Part shown: piece after piece, positions 49,176 through 62,155 of the stretch
Position numbering within the stretch: the stretch's first letter is position 1
Layout of the letters: each line of letters opens with the position of its first letter
Program-made: the position numbers and the translations under genes
Assembly (NCBI RefSeq): GCF_018977255.1
Contig: NW_024704742.1
Span: 110,920,001 to 110,984,000 of the forward strand
Reading direction: 5' to 3'
Source of the DNA: Callorhinchus milii
Lineage: Eukaryota
Length of the DNA: 64,000 nucleotides
Notes under the pieces: model-generated
What the model saw: the letters and a program-made list of their open reading frames with translations, nothing else
What the model was told of the DNA's origin: nothing
The model's database searches: none

Positions 49176-50168
49176 ATAGTGGATAACCGGTATTCTAATA
49201 ATTCCCAATATTTTCCCATCATCTGCTCTCCCGAAAGCATATTCCCTCATTCAAATAAAGATCAATTTGTCATTTACTTCATTTTTGTCTGTGGAAATGC
49301 TGGCTCCGATTAACTAGTGCCTTTGCATACGTAAGGACAGTTATTGAACTCTGTCAACATTTCATCCTCACCAAAGATATTTATGTTGCTTCTCTGCCCC
49401 CACCAAAAAGAGGAGACCAGAAAAACAGGTAATTCTCAAGCTGGGGATTCAATTCGGGAGAGGTGGGGACCAAAGAGGGTTGGGGATGGGTCTGTGGGGA
49501 GAATCACCGAAGGTGCAGTTAAAATTCTGGTCAACAATCTTTCAGATAAAATTGGTCTGTCACTTCATGGTTGTTTGTCGGATTGGCTGCCACTTTAAAG
49601 AATAGCGAATTAAAGAAAACCTTGAATACGCACAACTTCGATGAAAATTATATATAAAAGGATATAAGGGAACAGTATTCCAACCTAAAGTATTGGTATA
49701 ATGTTGCTTATTGACCTACATTTACTGTTTGGTGTTATTAACAATTCATTGAATTGTACTAAACCAGTTTTGCTTCACACCAAACACATAACAAAAATAT
49801 TATAAATACTGCAGTCTGTGATTATGTGAGTCATGAAAGCTTTTTTGTGCTCTAATCTAACAGTTTCTGTTGGTGTGTACAACAAATGAAAATGGGCGCT
49901 GGCTGAGACTTCTGAAGGAGTACATCAGCTTGTTTTTATTAATTCAGTCACGCAAAGAGCTGGAAGAGTCAATTCAGTTGGGATTGGACTGTATATGTTC
50001 TACACAAACCTCACAACTTCTTTTAAGTTTTATCACATGTTTTCAATTCCTGCTTAAAGTGACCTTGCTTTATAATGCTAACAAAACAATCCCCCCAAAA
50101 TCATAACAATAAAAAATTAATATAAAGAATACATGGGTTTAATTAATCTTAGACTGCTGATAAGTGTC

Positions 50169-50475
50169 ATAATAATAATCCTTACATTTGATATAGCGCT
50201 TTTCATGTCTTCTCGACGTCTCAAAGCGCTTCACAGAATAGACTGTAAAGTGAATTGACTGTATATTTGTGGGTGAAACGCGGCAGCCAATCGCGTACAG
50301 CAGTGTCCTACAGTCGTGGATTGAAAATGAACAATTTATTATTGTTTTGTTTTGGAGGGATTATTATTAGACGTGTAGAGTAAGGAAACTTGCCCAAGGT
50401 TTCGCCCTGCCTGGAATTGAACCCAGGTGTCTTGCTTGCAAGGCAAGTGCTCTAACCACTGAGCTACAGAACTCC
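50169..50475 (-). mobile_element. Young SINE, full length
   Basis: Reverse complement of the reference copy. Confidence 0.92.
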
Positions 50476-50562
50476 TGTCATGTCATGCTTGTCTCCTTTG
50501 GCTCCTGGTTTGGTAAGTTTTCAATGTGATACTGAAACGATCACTTACGTTACAAAAGCCAG

Positions 50563-51115
50563 TGTCAGCCTGGCTCAGTTGCAGCACTCCCCGTCTGAAT
50601 CTGACCGTTGTGGGTTCAAGATCCACATCATGATTTGAACTCATAGTCTAGGCTGATTCCTCAATACAGTACAGGGAGTGTGTTGCATTTTCTGAGGTGT
50701 CATCCTCAGGATGAGACAGTAAACCAAGGTTCTATCTGCCCATTCAGATGAACATTAAAGACTGCAAAGCATTTGTCGACTGAAACAAGAACAAGTGGCA
50801 TTTATGTAGTGCCTTTCACATCGGGAGGAGTCCTAAGGTGCTGAACAGTCGAGGGTTTGTATCCTAGCTAGGGGTTGGATCGGAAGAGGTGGGGGCCAAA
50901 GTGGGTGGGTGAGGATCACGGAAGGCACAGTTACAATTCTGACTAACAATCTCTCAGATAAAACTGGTTGGTCACTTCATGGCTGTTTGTGGGACATTGC
51001 TGACTGGAGATCAGCTGCCACATTCACCTGTAATCAATGCAATCACTAATCCTGTGGAGTGTTTTGAGGTGCTTCAAAGATGTGATAAGGCAAATGCAAG
51101 GATTATTATTATTAG
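50563..51115 (+). mobile_element. Older DeuSINE-like element interrupted by an L2 tail (50780-50930, minus)
   Basis: tRNA-like head gtcagcctggctcagtt..gggttcaag, then gatgagacagtaaaccaagg; the 3' half resumes at ~50935. Confidence 0.7.
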
Positions 51116-51297
51116 TGTTATAAAATTCCAAGTTGCTTCAGTTGTTTTCTTTCTAACTTTCTCCTCTCTTCCACTCCTGAATGGCTGGAGTCTTGTGTAA
51201 GCAAAGGTCACAGTGTGCCACATCACCCAACTGTCTATTCCCAATGTGCTAACCTAGACAAGAAGGGTCATCAGACTATTCTCAATGTGTTAACCGA

Positions 51298-51575
51298 TAA
51301 CAACAACAAAACTACATTTATAGAGCGCCTTTCACGTCGGGAGGACGTCCCAAGGCGCTAGAGAGTCAGGGATCAGGATCAGGAGGGGTGGGGTAGGGGT
51401 ATGGAAGGCAGGTTGGTAGGGAGTCAGCAGGTCAGAGAGGTAGGAGGGGGTAAGGCTATGAATGGCCTTGAAAGTGCGGACGAGGATCTTGAATTTGATC
51501 CTCCGAGGGATGGGGAGCCAGTGGAGTCGGGCGAGAGTGCAAGTGATGGGGTCATGGAGCCTGATGCGCAAGAGT
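51298..51575 (-). mobile_element. L2 3' fragment with internal deletion
   Basis: LARLHWLPIPRRIKFKIL plus intact tail. Confidence 0.88.
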
Positions 51576-51579
51576 GCAA

Positions 51580-52594
51580 GACATGGGGTTAACTTCTACA
51601 TGTATGCGGATGACACCCAACTCTACCTTTCCTCATCTACCCTCAAATCCACGACCACCGATGTCCTGACAGTCTGCCTGTCTGACATCAAGTCCTGGAT
51701 GAGAGACAACTTTCTTAGCTCAACGTGCGCAAAACTGAGGCCCTCCTGATTGGCTCACGTTAGCGCCTCCGCACCTCAGGCGCTGACAGCATCAGCATCC
51801 AAGGCTGCACTCTCCACCTCTCACAACCAATCAGGAACCTCGGGGTTCTGTTCGACCCTGAGCTGTCCTTTCTTCCCCACATCCGCTCCACAACTGGCAC
51901 CGCCTTCCACCACCTCCGGAACATCGCCAGACTACGGCACTACCTCACCCCTCACGCTGCTGAAACACTGGTCCACGCCTTTGTCACCTCAAGGCTGGAC
52001 CACGGGAACTCTCTCCTCGCCGGCCTTCCCGGCACCTCCCTCCACAAGCTGCAGGTCATTCAGAACTCTGAAGCTCGTGTACTGTCCCGCATCAGGCTTC
52101 GCGACCACATCACTCCCACCCTCGCTCGCCTCCACTGGCTCCCCATCCCCCAGAGGATCGAATTCAAGATCCTCATCCTCACCTACAAGGCCATTCACGG
52201 CCTTGCTCCCTCCTACCTCTCCGACCTACTATCCCCCTACTTACCTGCCCGTACCCTCCGTTCCTCTGGCTCCAGTCTGTACCACATCCCCCGCCCTAAC
52301 CGCCCTACCATCAGTGGCCGGGCTTTCAGCCTCTCAGCCCCTAGGCTCTGGAACTCCATCCCCCAGTGCCTTCGCCTTGCCTCCTCCCTTTCCTCCTTCA
52401 AGGCCAGTCTCAAGACCTTTCTCTTCAACCGTGCCTTCACCTCCCCTCTCGACTCTCTACCCCCTCCTCGCTCCCTCCCTTCCCTCCCCTCACCCTGACC
52501 ATTTCCCCCCTGCTCGGGTCCCGACCCAACTGTCCAGTGCCTTGGGACATCCTCCCAACATGAAAGGCGCTCTATAAATGCAATCTTGTTGTTG
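51580..52594 (+). mobile_element. L2 3' ~1 kb fragment (RT motif to tail)
   Basis: HGVNFYMYADDTQLY..CLSDIKSWMRDNF; tail ...gaaaggcgctctataaatgcaatcttgttgttg. Confidence 0.95.
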
Positions 52595-55299
52595 AGTACA
52601 GGAGAAACCGAGACTGTGAAATGTTGTCAGATTTTCTCAACATGTTAAACCGGACAATCTGGTGTTGCCAAGTTATTCTCAATATGTTAATTTAGATAGA
52701 TTGTATCTAAGTCTAACTTTGCCCCTAATGATGTCCACAAACGTGCACCTTCCAGCTGGGATAACTACAGTGCACTTAACAATGGGAACCTCTGGCTGTT
52801 TTTTTGTTTGCCCCCACCCCCCACCGTATCCAGCACAAGACTTTTGAAATACCCACACGAATATTTCGATCCATGCTTTTGGTCGAGGCAGCATGATGGG
52901 ATGGGGTGTGAGTGAGGACTATATGTAAGTATAAGTAGGGGATTCACTAAGGCACACAGAGTGGGAGGTTGGGTGATGAGGAGATACAGCTGAAACACTA
53001 TAAATGTGTCCTGGTCTTGTTTACCTCCATGAAGCTCTCAACCATGCAAGTCTAGTGACGACTTTCACAAATTACATTTCGTAATGCACTGAACATGCAC
53101 AGTGTTTATTTTTGCCTTAGACCTCACTATTGGCTTAGTTGCGTGTAACCTATGGGGTATTTAGCAGAGGTCCCATATTTTCCTTGAGTTTCCCACATAC
53201 GTGCAAAGAATAGATGCATATACACTTCGCTCTCTTCTGGCTCAGTCCCATTCTACTGACCACTATTCCCAGTTAGGTCAGTTTCATTCATTGCAAAGTT
53301 GATGGGAAAGAATGCTAAAAGGGAATAAAAATGCTCATCTGTGACAATACAATTTATAAAACACCTATCACGTCAGAAGACAGTGATAGTGGAAGATGAG
53401 CTTGACAGAATATGTTGTCTAATAGATTAAAAACAAAACAGCAGGCTTTGCGAAAGCGGTGAGTACAAATGCAGGAACCAATTTGACGATGACAATGCAA
53501 ACTTTGAAGCTCTATGCAAAAACAAAATGCAGTCTACACACTTTACATAGATTTCATCTCTTCGGTTTCAGCTTCAATGTCATTGCTTACATCACATGAA
53601 CCCTACATTGAGACTGAAGTTGAGTCCTTTAACCTTCAGCTGTATTTTATTGGCCTGAAAAAAGAAGGGTAAAGGCAAGGAGATACTATTGCTAAGTAAC
53701 TTTTGTACAAAATGAAAGATACAAATTGTGATAAACCAACTAAACCAACCAAGCAAAAAAAGACACGTCAAACAAAGTGGCAAATAAAAACCATGTGGGC
53801 CAGTCTGAGATTGTTATTCAGCATTATGGCAGCCTATCAGCATTATTTATTATACATCTCACCAACTTTGGCTACAAAAAATTGTTATAAAGTTACAGCA
53901 GTAAAGATCCTGGCCCAATCTCACACACTTCTAGTTGGGGTGGTAGCTCATTTTCTTGTCATGAAATGTTGCTTTGGTGCTGGTCAGCAGTCTCGGAGAG
54001 ATTCCGCATCCTGTTTATTTGCTCTTATAAACAACACTTTCTTTTCTCTATGTTCAGTATATGTTAAGAGGTGGAGTCTTCATGGAGGAGGGTGAGATCT
54101 TGTTTGAAGACTGAGGGGATCCCATAGGAGGCACTGCAAATGCAATAATTGATAGCGTTGTGAGGATATTCCTTCCAGATTGTCTTTCAGTTCAGTTTAA
54201 TGACACAGTTTTTAATGTAACTGATTACAATGAAACTTAACTGCACAGAAGGGAATGGAAAAGAAAAGTGGGAGGGTGTCACAAAAGCAATTTGGAGGGG
54301 TAAAATATTTTTATAAAATGAGAATCCTAGGTGAGAAGTGAAAACCCTTATAAAAATACTTTAGATTTGATATTGTGCCTTATCACATCAAATCAGTTCA
54401 AAATGCTTCACACAATGGGTTACATTACATTTCAAGTACCTGTCATGCAGAGAAATGCAGCAGCTGATCTGTATCAGCAATGTTTCACGAACAACAATGA
54501 ACCGAATGCCGGAATTTAAGCTGTTTTTTTCTGGGGGAATTTGGAATAATAAAAGAATATCAATCTGCCTCTAAAATGCCCTGGTTTCTTTGAGGCACCA
54601 TGAGATTTTTAACGTCCTGCAGGGAGGTGGTTTCAGGAATAGCTTGTTCACACTGTAAGAAACAGCTTTTTGCTGCACAAACACAATATATACTTCTGGA
54701 ACTCCCTTTCCCTCTTCCTTCTCCGTCTTGCCCAATCTCTATCTGTCTTTAAGACGTACCTTAAAACCTATCTCTTTAAACATATATATATGATCCCCTC
54801 CCCCTTGTCAAACGTATCGGCATTGCAACAGTTAACCACAGTAGACACAGAGATCATTAAGTTCTCAGCGTTCTGTAGAAAACAAGTTTAGGGATGAGAG
54901 TTTCCAGTAATCACTGGGAGAACAAGTCAGAAAACAAGTGTGGACACAGTGTTCTACAAATTCCTGACAGCCAACTCAAATGCCTTGCACCATTCCAAGG
55001 TATGTTGTTGGTGACAGTTTTCGGGAGACTGCTGGCTGACATGTGGATGTGATAGCAAATTCAAGGAAGTCAGTGCTATTCACGGAATAGCATTTGTAGA
55101 AATACTTTGAGCAGCATCCAGAATGACAGAGGCAGCTTGTTTCAGTTGGAAGCCCCATTTCAGGCCTCATAGCCAGGCTAATACTCCAGTGCAATACTAC
55201 GGGAGTGCAGTCCTTCAGCTAAAATGTTAAGATGATGTCTCGCCTGCCTGTTCAGGTGAATGTTAAAAGTCTATTATACTGTTTGAAATGAGAAGTCCT

Positions 55300-55622
55300 G
55301 TGGAGTCCTGTAGCTCAATGGTTAGAGCACTTGCTTTGCAAGCGAGAGACCTGAGTTCAATTCCAGGCAGGGCGAAACCTTGGACAAGTTTCCTTACTCC
55401 ACACGCCTAATAACAATCCCTCCAAAACTATAAACAATAATAAATTGGTCATTTTCAAACTACAACTGTTTGTGGGACATTGCTGTGCGCAATTGGCTGC
55501 CGCGTTCGCCCACAAATATACAGTCAATTCACTTTACAGTGTGTTCTGTGAAGCCGTTTGGGACGTCCTCCCGACGTGAAAAGCGCTATATCAAATGCAA
55601 GGATTATTATTATTATTATTAT
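55300..55622 (+). mobile_element. Young SINE, full length, nested in an older DeuSINE-like copy (~55150-55810)
   Basis: Matches the reference copy; the host SINE resumes as agaagggaatttctcc. Confidence 0.93.
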
Positions 55623-55960
55623 AGAAGGGAATTTCTCCTGATGTCCATCCGCTAAATTGGCCATAGATGTTTGTAGAATCATAATGTACACAAATTGGCT
55701 GCCATGTTTGCCTACAAATACACAGTCACTGCAGATGGCAGCAATTACATGTGAAGTGCCTTGAGGTGTTTTGATGCACTACATCAAATGCAAAGATTAT
55801 TATTATTAGCAATGGCCTCACAGAAAGGTCAGATGGACTTCCAGAAGAATGCTGATTGCTTGAAAGAGAATGATTGCATCCTGTACATGCTGGCAGTAGA
55901 TGGATGCAACAAAACAGTAAAAGATGGAGGGGGTAGTGAAGGATATTGACATAAGAATCC

Positions 55961-56290
55961 TAATAATAATCCTTGCATTTGATATAGCACCTTATCACAT
56001 AATCAAAGTGCTTCACAGGATATAATGTAAAGTGGATTAACTTTGTATTTTGTGAGAGAAATGCAGCAGCCAGTTGCCCACAGCAATGTCCCACAAACAG
56101 CCAATGATCATTTATTTTATTTTGGGGGTTTAACGTCTCATCCAAAGAACGGCACCTCCGACAATGCAATCCCCCACCAGCACCACATTGGATTGTCAGC
56201 TTAAATTATGCGATCCCAAGTCCCAATGTGGGGCTTAAACCCAAACGCTTTTTACTCAGAGGTGAAAGTGCTTTGGCTCACTGACATGCT
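55961..56290 (-). mobile_element. Older DeuSINE-like element with internal deletion
   Basis: Tail, tttaacgtctcatcc..ggcacctccgacaatgca, and a tRNA-like head. Confidence 0.75.
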
Positions 56291-56436
56291 CATGGTAATT
56301 ATTGTTAGCTCATTTTTTACTCAGTCATCATACAGATTTTTTTGGTCAGCCGGTTATCTGATACATGTGAAAACCCATTATTACACTTAAGAATCTCCAA
56401 ACCAAATTATTGAGATCTCTGCAAACATATGGTTTT

Positions 56437-57925
56437 TAAGAACATAAGAACATAAGAATTAGGAGCAGGAGTAGGCCATTCGGCTCTTCGTGCCTACTCC
56501 ACCATTCAATAAGGTCATGGCTGATCTTCTCACTTAACTCTGATTACCTGCCCTATCCCCATATCCCCTAATCCCTCTATTTTTCAAGAATCTATCAGTC
56601 TCAGCCTTGAAAATGTTCAAGGACTGAGCATCTACAGCCTTCTGGGGTAGTGAATTCCATAAGTTCACTACCCTCTGAGTGAAGAAATGTTTCCTCAACT
56701 CTGTTCTAAGAGGCTGACCCTTAATTTTAAGACTGTGACCCCTGGTTATAGATTCTCCTACCAGGGGAAACAGTCCCTCTGTGTCTACTTTATCCAGCCC
56801 TTTAAGAATCTTATAAGTTTCAATAAGATTCCCCCTAATTCTTCTGTACTCTAGAGAATACAGCCCTAGTTTATTCAGCCTATCCTCATAGGTCAGTCCC
56901 CTCATCCCAGGGACTAATCGAGTGAATCTACGCTGCACCCCCTCTAGGGCAAGTATGTCCTTTTTTAAATAAGGAGACCAAAACTGCACACAATACTCTA
57001 GGTGCGGTCTCACCAAAGCCCTATACAGTTGCAGCAAGACTTCCCTACTCTTATATTCTAAACCTTTCGAAATGAACGCTAACATGCCGTTCGCCTTCTT
57101 AGTTGCTGCTGCACCTGCAAACTAACTTTTTGGGACTGGTGTACAAGGACACCCAAATCCCTTTGAATACTAACACTATCTAACTTCTCCCCTTCCAGAA
57201 AATAATCTGTTCTTTTATTCTTGCTACCTAGGTGAATAATTTCACACTTGCTAACATTGAATTCCATCTGCCACCTACTTGCCCACTCCCCTAGCCTATC
57301 TATATCTTGTTGCAATCTTTTTGCATCATCCTGAGAGCTCACTCTGCTACCTAGTTTAGTATCATCCGCGAATTTAGACACATTACATTCAATGTCCTCG
57401 TCCAGATCATTGATGTAAATGGTAAATAGCTGAGGCCCAAACACTGATCCTTGTGGCACTCCACTAGTTACATCCTGCCAATTCGAGAATGATCCGTTTA
57501 TCACTACTCTCTGCTTTCTACCCGATAGCCACTCTTCTATCCATGTTAATATTTTCCCATTAATCCCGTGGGCCTTGATCTTGAGTAACAGCCTTTTGTG
57601 TGGCACCTTGTCAAATGCTTTCCTAAAATCCAAATATACCACATCTACTGGTTCCCCCTTATCCAACCTGCTGGATACATCCTCAAAAAATTCTAAAAGT
57701 TTAGTCAAGCATGACTTCCCTTTTGTAAAGCCATGTTGACTCTGCCTAATCTTTTTATGGCATTCCAGGTATCCCATAACTATGTCTTTTATTAAGGACT
57801 CAAGAATTTTCCCTACAACTGACGTCAAACTAACTGGTCTATAGTTTTCCCTATTTTCTCTCCCACCCTTCTTAAATAGTGGAGTTATGTTTGCAATCTT
57901 CCAATCAATGGGAACTTTTCCAGTG
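56437..57925 (-). mobile_element. 5'-truncated CR1-clade LINE with near-intact RT and intact 3' tail
   Basis: QHGFTKGKSCLT, YLDFRKAFDKVPH, GVPQGSV, KFADDTKL, LVRPHLEYC; one frameshift near 57085; (taagaaca)n terminal repeat at 56437-56458. Confidence 0.96.
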
Positions 57926-58049
57926 TTTCTATTTCTATTTGTCAGGAATAGAGTGTCTATTCTCTCCCTAAATGCCTAATTAAGGAAAGTTTAGGCACAG
58001 ATTAGCAAAAACCAAGATTTGGGGAACCCCATTGTCTTGATATGGGACT

Positions 58050-58560
58050 GATCAGAACTCTGCAACCTGTGTCCTCTCCCACACCAGGCTCCAAAAGCCT
58101 ATCACCTCCATCCGCACCCGACTTCACTGGCTTCCAGTGGATCCTTGTTCTCACCTTTAAATCCGCCACGGTTTGGACCCACTACCTCTGCGACCTACTT
58201 CAATTTCTTTGCTCGGCGAACACTGGCTTGCCTCACTCCCCTCCCACCATCTGCGGGTGGGCTTTCAGCCATCCTGCTCCTGCTCTCTGGAACTCCATTG
58301 TTTGACGCCTTGTGCAAGGGAAGACATGGGCTGCAGCATTCTGGATAGTCTCCTATCCAGACAATGGAGTCCTTCTGACTTGTTCGCTTCCTCCCCTCAT
58401 TCAAGGTACATCTCAAAATATATCTTGTTGACCACAATTTTGGTTATTTTCCCCTTCCCCATTCCCTTGGCTCCCCCATCCCGATCCCAATCAGCATTTT
58501 CAAGTTCATTGAGACGTCCTTCCAACATGAAAGTCACAAACAAAATGTTAATTTTACTGT
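58050..58560 (+). mobile_element. Degraded L2 3' fragment
   Basis: cagaactctgca...cactggcttc...gggctttcagcc...ctctggaactcc similarity to other L2 copies. Confidence 0.7.
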
Positions 58561-58708
58561 ATTGCACAATGGACAATCCCAAAGCTGAAACCAATTCAGA
58601 AAATAATAATAATCCTTGCATTTGATATTGCGCTTTATCAAGTTTAAATTATAAACAGATGATTAGAGATATGAATTAGGGTGTAACACATATGCAACGA
58701 TTACAATC

Positions 58709-58768
58709 GGTTTCATGCTGTGCCTGGTTGTAAGTTATCTTTGCTGCAGTTTTAGCTTGCTCTGAGGA
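58709..58768 (+). repeat. 60-bp exact direct duplication, copy 1 (copy 2 at 59661-59720)
   Basis: ggtttcatgctgtgcctggttgtaagttatctttgctgcagttttagcttgctctgagga occurs at both places. Confidence 0.95.
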
Positions 58769-60188
58769 TGATGCATATGAAGTACTGTGTCCATGCTATC
58801 TTTCTGCTTAAGTTATCTGTGGTTAAACTAAATTCTGTTATTTTGGAACAAGTAGCATTATTAACAGGGTGATGTTATTCACAACAATGACAACTTGCAG
58901 TTATGTAGTGCCCTTCAGGTGGGGTAGCATTTCAAAGTGCTTCAATATTACAGTGACTATGCCAAACTACTTCTTTTTGAAGTGTGAAATTGCGATAATA
59001 TCTGCTAGCAAAGCAGGTAAGGGAAAAAATCCATGAGCTGTGGTTTGACACCACAACCTGTGTGCGTCAGTGACAGTGACTTTTGATTGTGCAGAACAGC
59101 AGAACCGCATTCATTGTATTTGATAAAAAGTAGTATTGGTCCACTGGAGATCAAAGTTGTCTCAAATGAAAGGTTCCATATTTGTTAAGCAACTTCTGCT
59201 TCTGTTACACCAATACTTATGTTGCTATTCTTGCTTGATTGACAGATGCATCAGAATTGATTCATGAAAGATATTATTGTATATCAAACAAACTATTGCC
59301 CAGATAACATATAGAGGAAAGCTGTTGACTAGAGAATATAAACCAATTTAGCAGAGAGATCTGGACTAGTGATTTGTGCCTGTCCTACTTGCTCACGTGC
59401 TTCATAACTGATCTGTTTTACAATATTAATAATAACAATAATCCTTACGTTGATATAGTGTCTTTCATGTGAAGAAGACGTCACAATATGCTTTGCAAGC
59501 TATAGAGGGCAGTGACTGTGTCATTTGTAGGCAAATGAGGCAGTTATTTGGGGCACAACAATGTCTCACAAATAGTCATGAAGTGAGTAACCAATTTTAT
59601 TTGGGGGATTGTTGGCTAGGACACCAGGATCAAATCCCTACTCTTTTCGAATAGTTTCCTGGTTTCATGCTGTGCCTGGTTGTAAGTTATCTTTGCTGCA
59701 GTTTTAGCTTGCTCTGAGGAAGGTTCCAAAACTGCCTTAAAGACTAATATTGTCAAATATTATATTAATGTTTGCTCCCAAAGAAGCAGACCTTTGCTCT
59801 AATATCTCATCTGAAGGCTGACGTTCATTAGCTTGGCTCATTTGGTAGCACCTTTGCCTCTTTGGCAGAAGGTTGTGGATTCATGCATCAATTTGGGACT
59901 TTCGGATCATTGTCTTGTTTAGGCTGAAATTTATTTGTAGCACGAGGGGAGGTCTGCATTGTTGGAGGTGAGGTCCTTGAGATAAGAAGTTAAACTGAGG
60001 TCCCGCCTGCCATTTCAGGTGAAATGGTGAAATATCACCCCTCAAAGGACTGGATTAGTACAAAAGTATCATTCAATTTACTCCTGTGACTTGGTTATAT
60101 CAACACAAATAATGCTAGAAAGGCAGAATAAGCAATGGAACTGCCCTATTTTGGGAGGGCAGGCCAATAAAAGAGGGAGGATTGCAGT

Positions 60189-60262
60189 ACAACAACAAGA
60201 TTGCATTTATAGAGCGCCTTTCACGTCGGGAGGACGTCCCAAGGCGCTGGACAGTTGGGTCA
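60189..60262 (-). mobile_element. L2 extreme 3' tail only
   Basis: caacaacaagattgcatttatagagcgcctttcacgtcgggaggacgtcccaaggcgct. Confidence 0.85.
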
Positions 60263-61719
60263 GGACCAATAGGCTCAGTAGGCTTGATGCATGGAAAGTC
60301 AACTCCTAATCCTATAGTCCTCTCTCACCTCAGGCAGATCAATCCTGTACAAACAAAGAATCATAGAAATGAGAGCACAGAAGGAAGTTATTTGGCTCAT
60401 CGAGACTAAACTGGTGCTTGTTCCCTTGGTAGAGCTATATATGGTGGAGCTCTTGTTGTGAGCAAGCTGGCTTCTGCATTAGCCTACAAATACACATTCA
60501 CTGCATTTCACAGTAACAAATAATAAATCCTGTGAAGTACTTTGAGACATCTCAACGATATGATAAGACCCTATTATCAATATATAGGATTATTATTTAT
60601 TATACGTAAATCCTAATTTCCTTCCCCTTTGTTTCTCTTCAAATACATATTCAATTCCCTTTTAAGTATTGTATTTTCCTAGATACAATAGCCACTTGTT
60701 AGAAAGGGATCTTGACGTAAGGAAAGATCATTTGGCTCATCAAACCAGTTCTCACCACAAAAGTANTTTTTTTGGATTAAATAAAGACATTAAATTGAAA
60801 TAAAGAGCAGATTAACTGGTCTTTAACTCATGGCTCTGGGGCAGATGTTTCTGACAGATGTGCCCAAATAACAAATCACTCCACTCCACAGTAATTCTTT
60901 GTGTGAAGTACTTTGAGATGGTTCAAATGTGGGAAGGCCTTATGCAAATTTTATTTGTTATTACTTACATTTCTATTTCTACAGTTTATGCAGGTTGTAA
61001 ATATTGCACTATACATTTGTGAACATCTCCTTCCCATGTGAATGGTGCTATATACATGTAAAATTGATGTTGTAAATAAAATCAGTGATTCATGTCTGTT
61101 TGTGAGACATTGCTGTGGAGTGATTTGACACATCTCAGTGATATTATAAAGCACTATATCAAATGCAAAGGTGATTATTATTTTATAATTGTATTATCGT
61201 ATAAATACAAGTAGTTGGCTTATTGGAGCAAAACGTGTTAAAGTAGCCCCTTCTGATGTAAGATGATTTAAGGAATTAGTGAAACTGCAGCATAGATTTG
61301 GAGCAAAAGCACTAACAACCAAAACAACGTATATTTATATATCGCCTTTTACACAAGGTAGCTAATATGGACAAGGGATGAGGAGTTGTTCAAAACTATC
61401 CCTCAATTAACCTATTCCTTAATTGGCATTGAAAATGCAGTTAAAGGGAATCTTAAAGGGAATAAATACTGTACTTTAGTAGCTGTGACAACTTAGTTCG
61501 CTGTTAAGAGAGGTGGACTAAAAAAAACACAAGTGAAATGTGTTGGAAACAAATAGCTTCTGCCGAGGTGTTGATCTCAGTTTGTTTTCTGGAAGAAGTA
61601 CAGAACACTCTAACCACAACAAAGGAGTCTACGTGTCAGTGGAAGTTCCCTTCATTCACTGATGGTTTAGATTTGCATAAAACTCAAACTTTCTCCTTTG
61701 GAAAGAGAGTTGATGTATC

Positions 61720-62155
61720 CCTCCACACACCCCTCATTCCAATCCTGGCCAGGCTCCAATGACTCCTTATCTCTGAACAGATTAACATAAAATTCTCACC
61801 CTCAGATACAAATCCCTTCACACCCTAGCACCTCCCTACTTCTCTGAGCTGCTCGTACCCCACTCCTCTGCCTGCCACTTCCTTACTCAGTCTACTGTGT
61901 GTCCCCTACCCCTCAGTGCCACCATCGTTGGCTTTGCTTTCAGCCCACAATGCCGCTAACCTCTAGAACTCCCTGCCACAATCCTTCCATCTCGTCTCCT
62001 CTTTATCTGTCTTTATATCCCACTTGAAGTCTTACATCTTCAATCACATCTATGGGCACCTCTACCTTCGCCCTTGTTCAGTGTCCAACTCTGCCTCTAT
62101 ACAGTGCTCCAAGACACTATCTTGCATGAAGGGCACTTTATAAAGTTATTTTCGT
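61720..62155 (+). mobile_element. Degraded L2 3' fragment
   Basis: ctggccaggctcca..aaaattctcaccctc..tgctttcagcc similarity to 40540-40960. Confidence 0.7.

Noticed and set aside
51750..52577. 275 aa Ser/Pro-rich ORF
   Set aside because: Alternative frame of the C-rich L2 ORF2 3' region.
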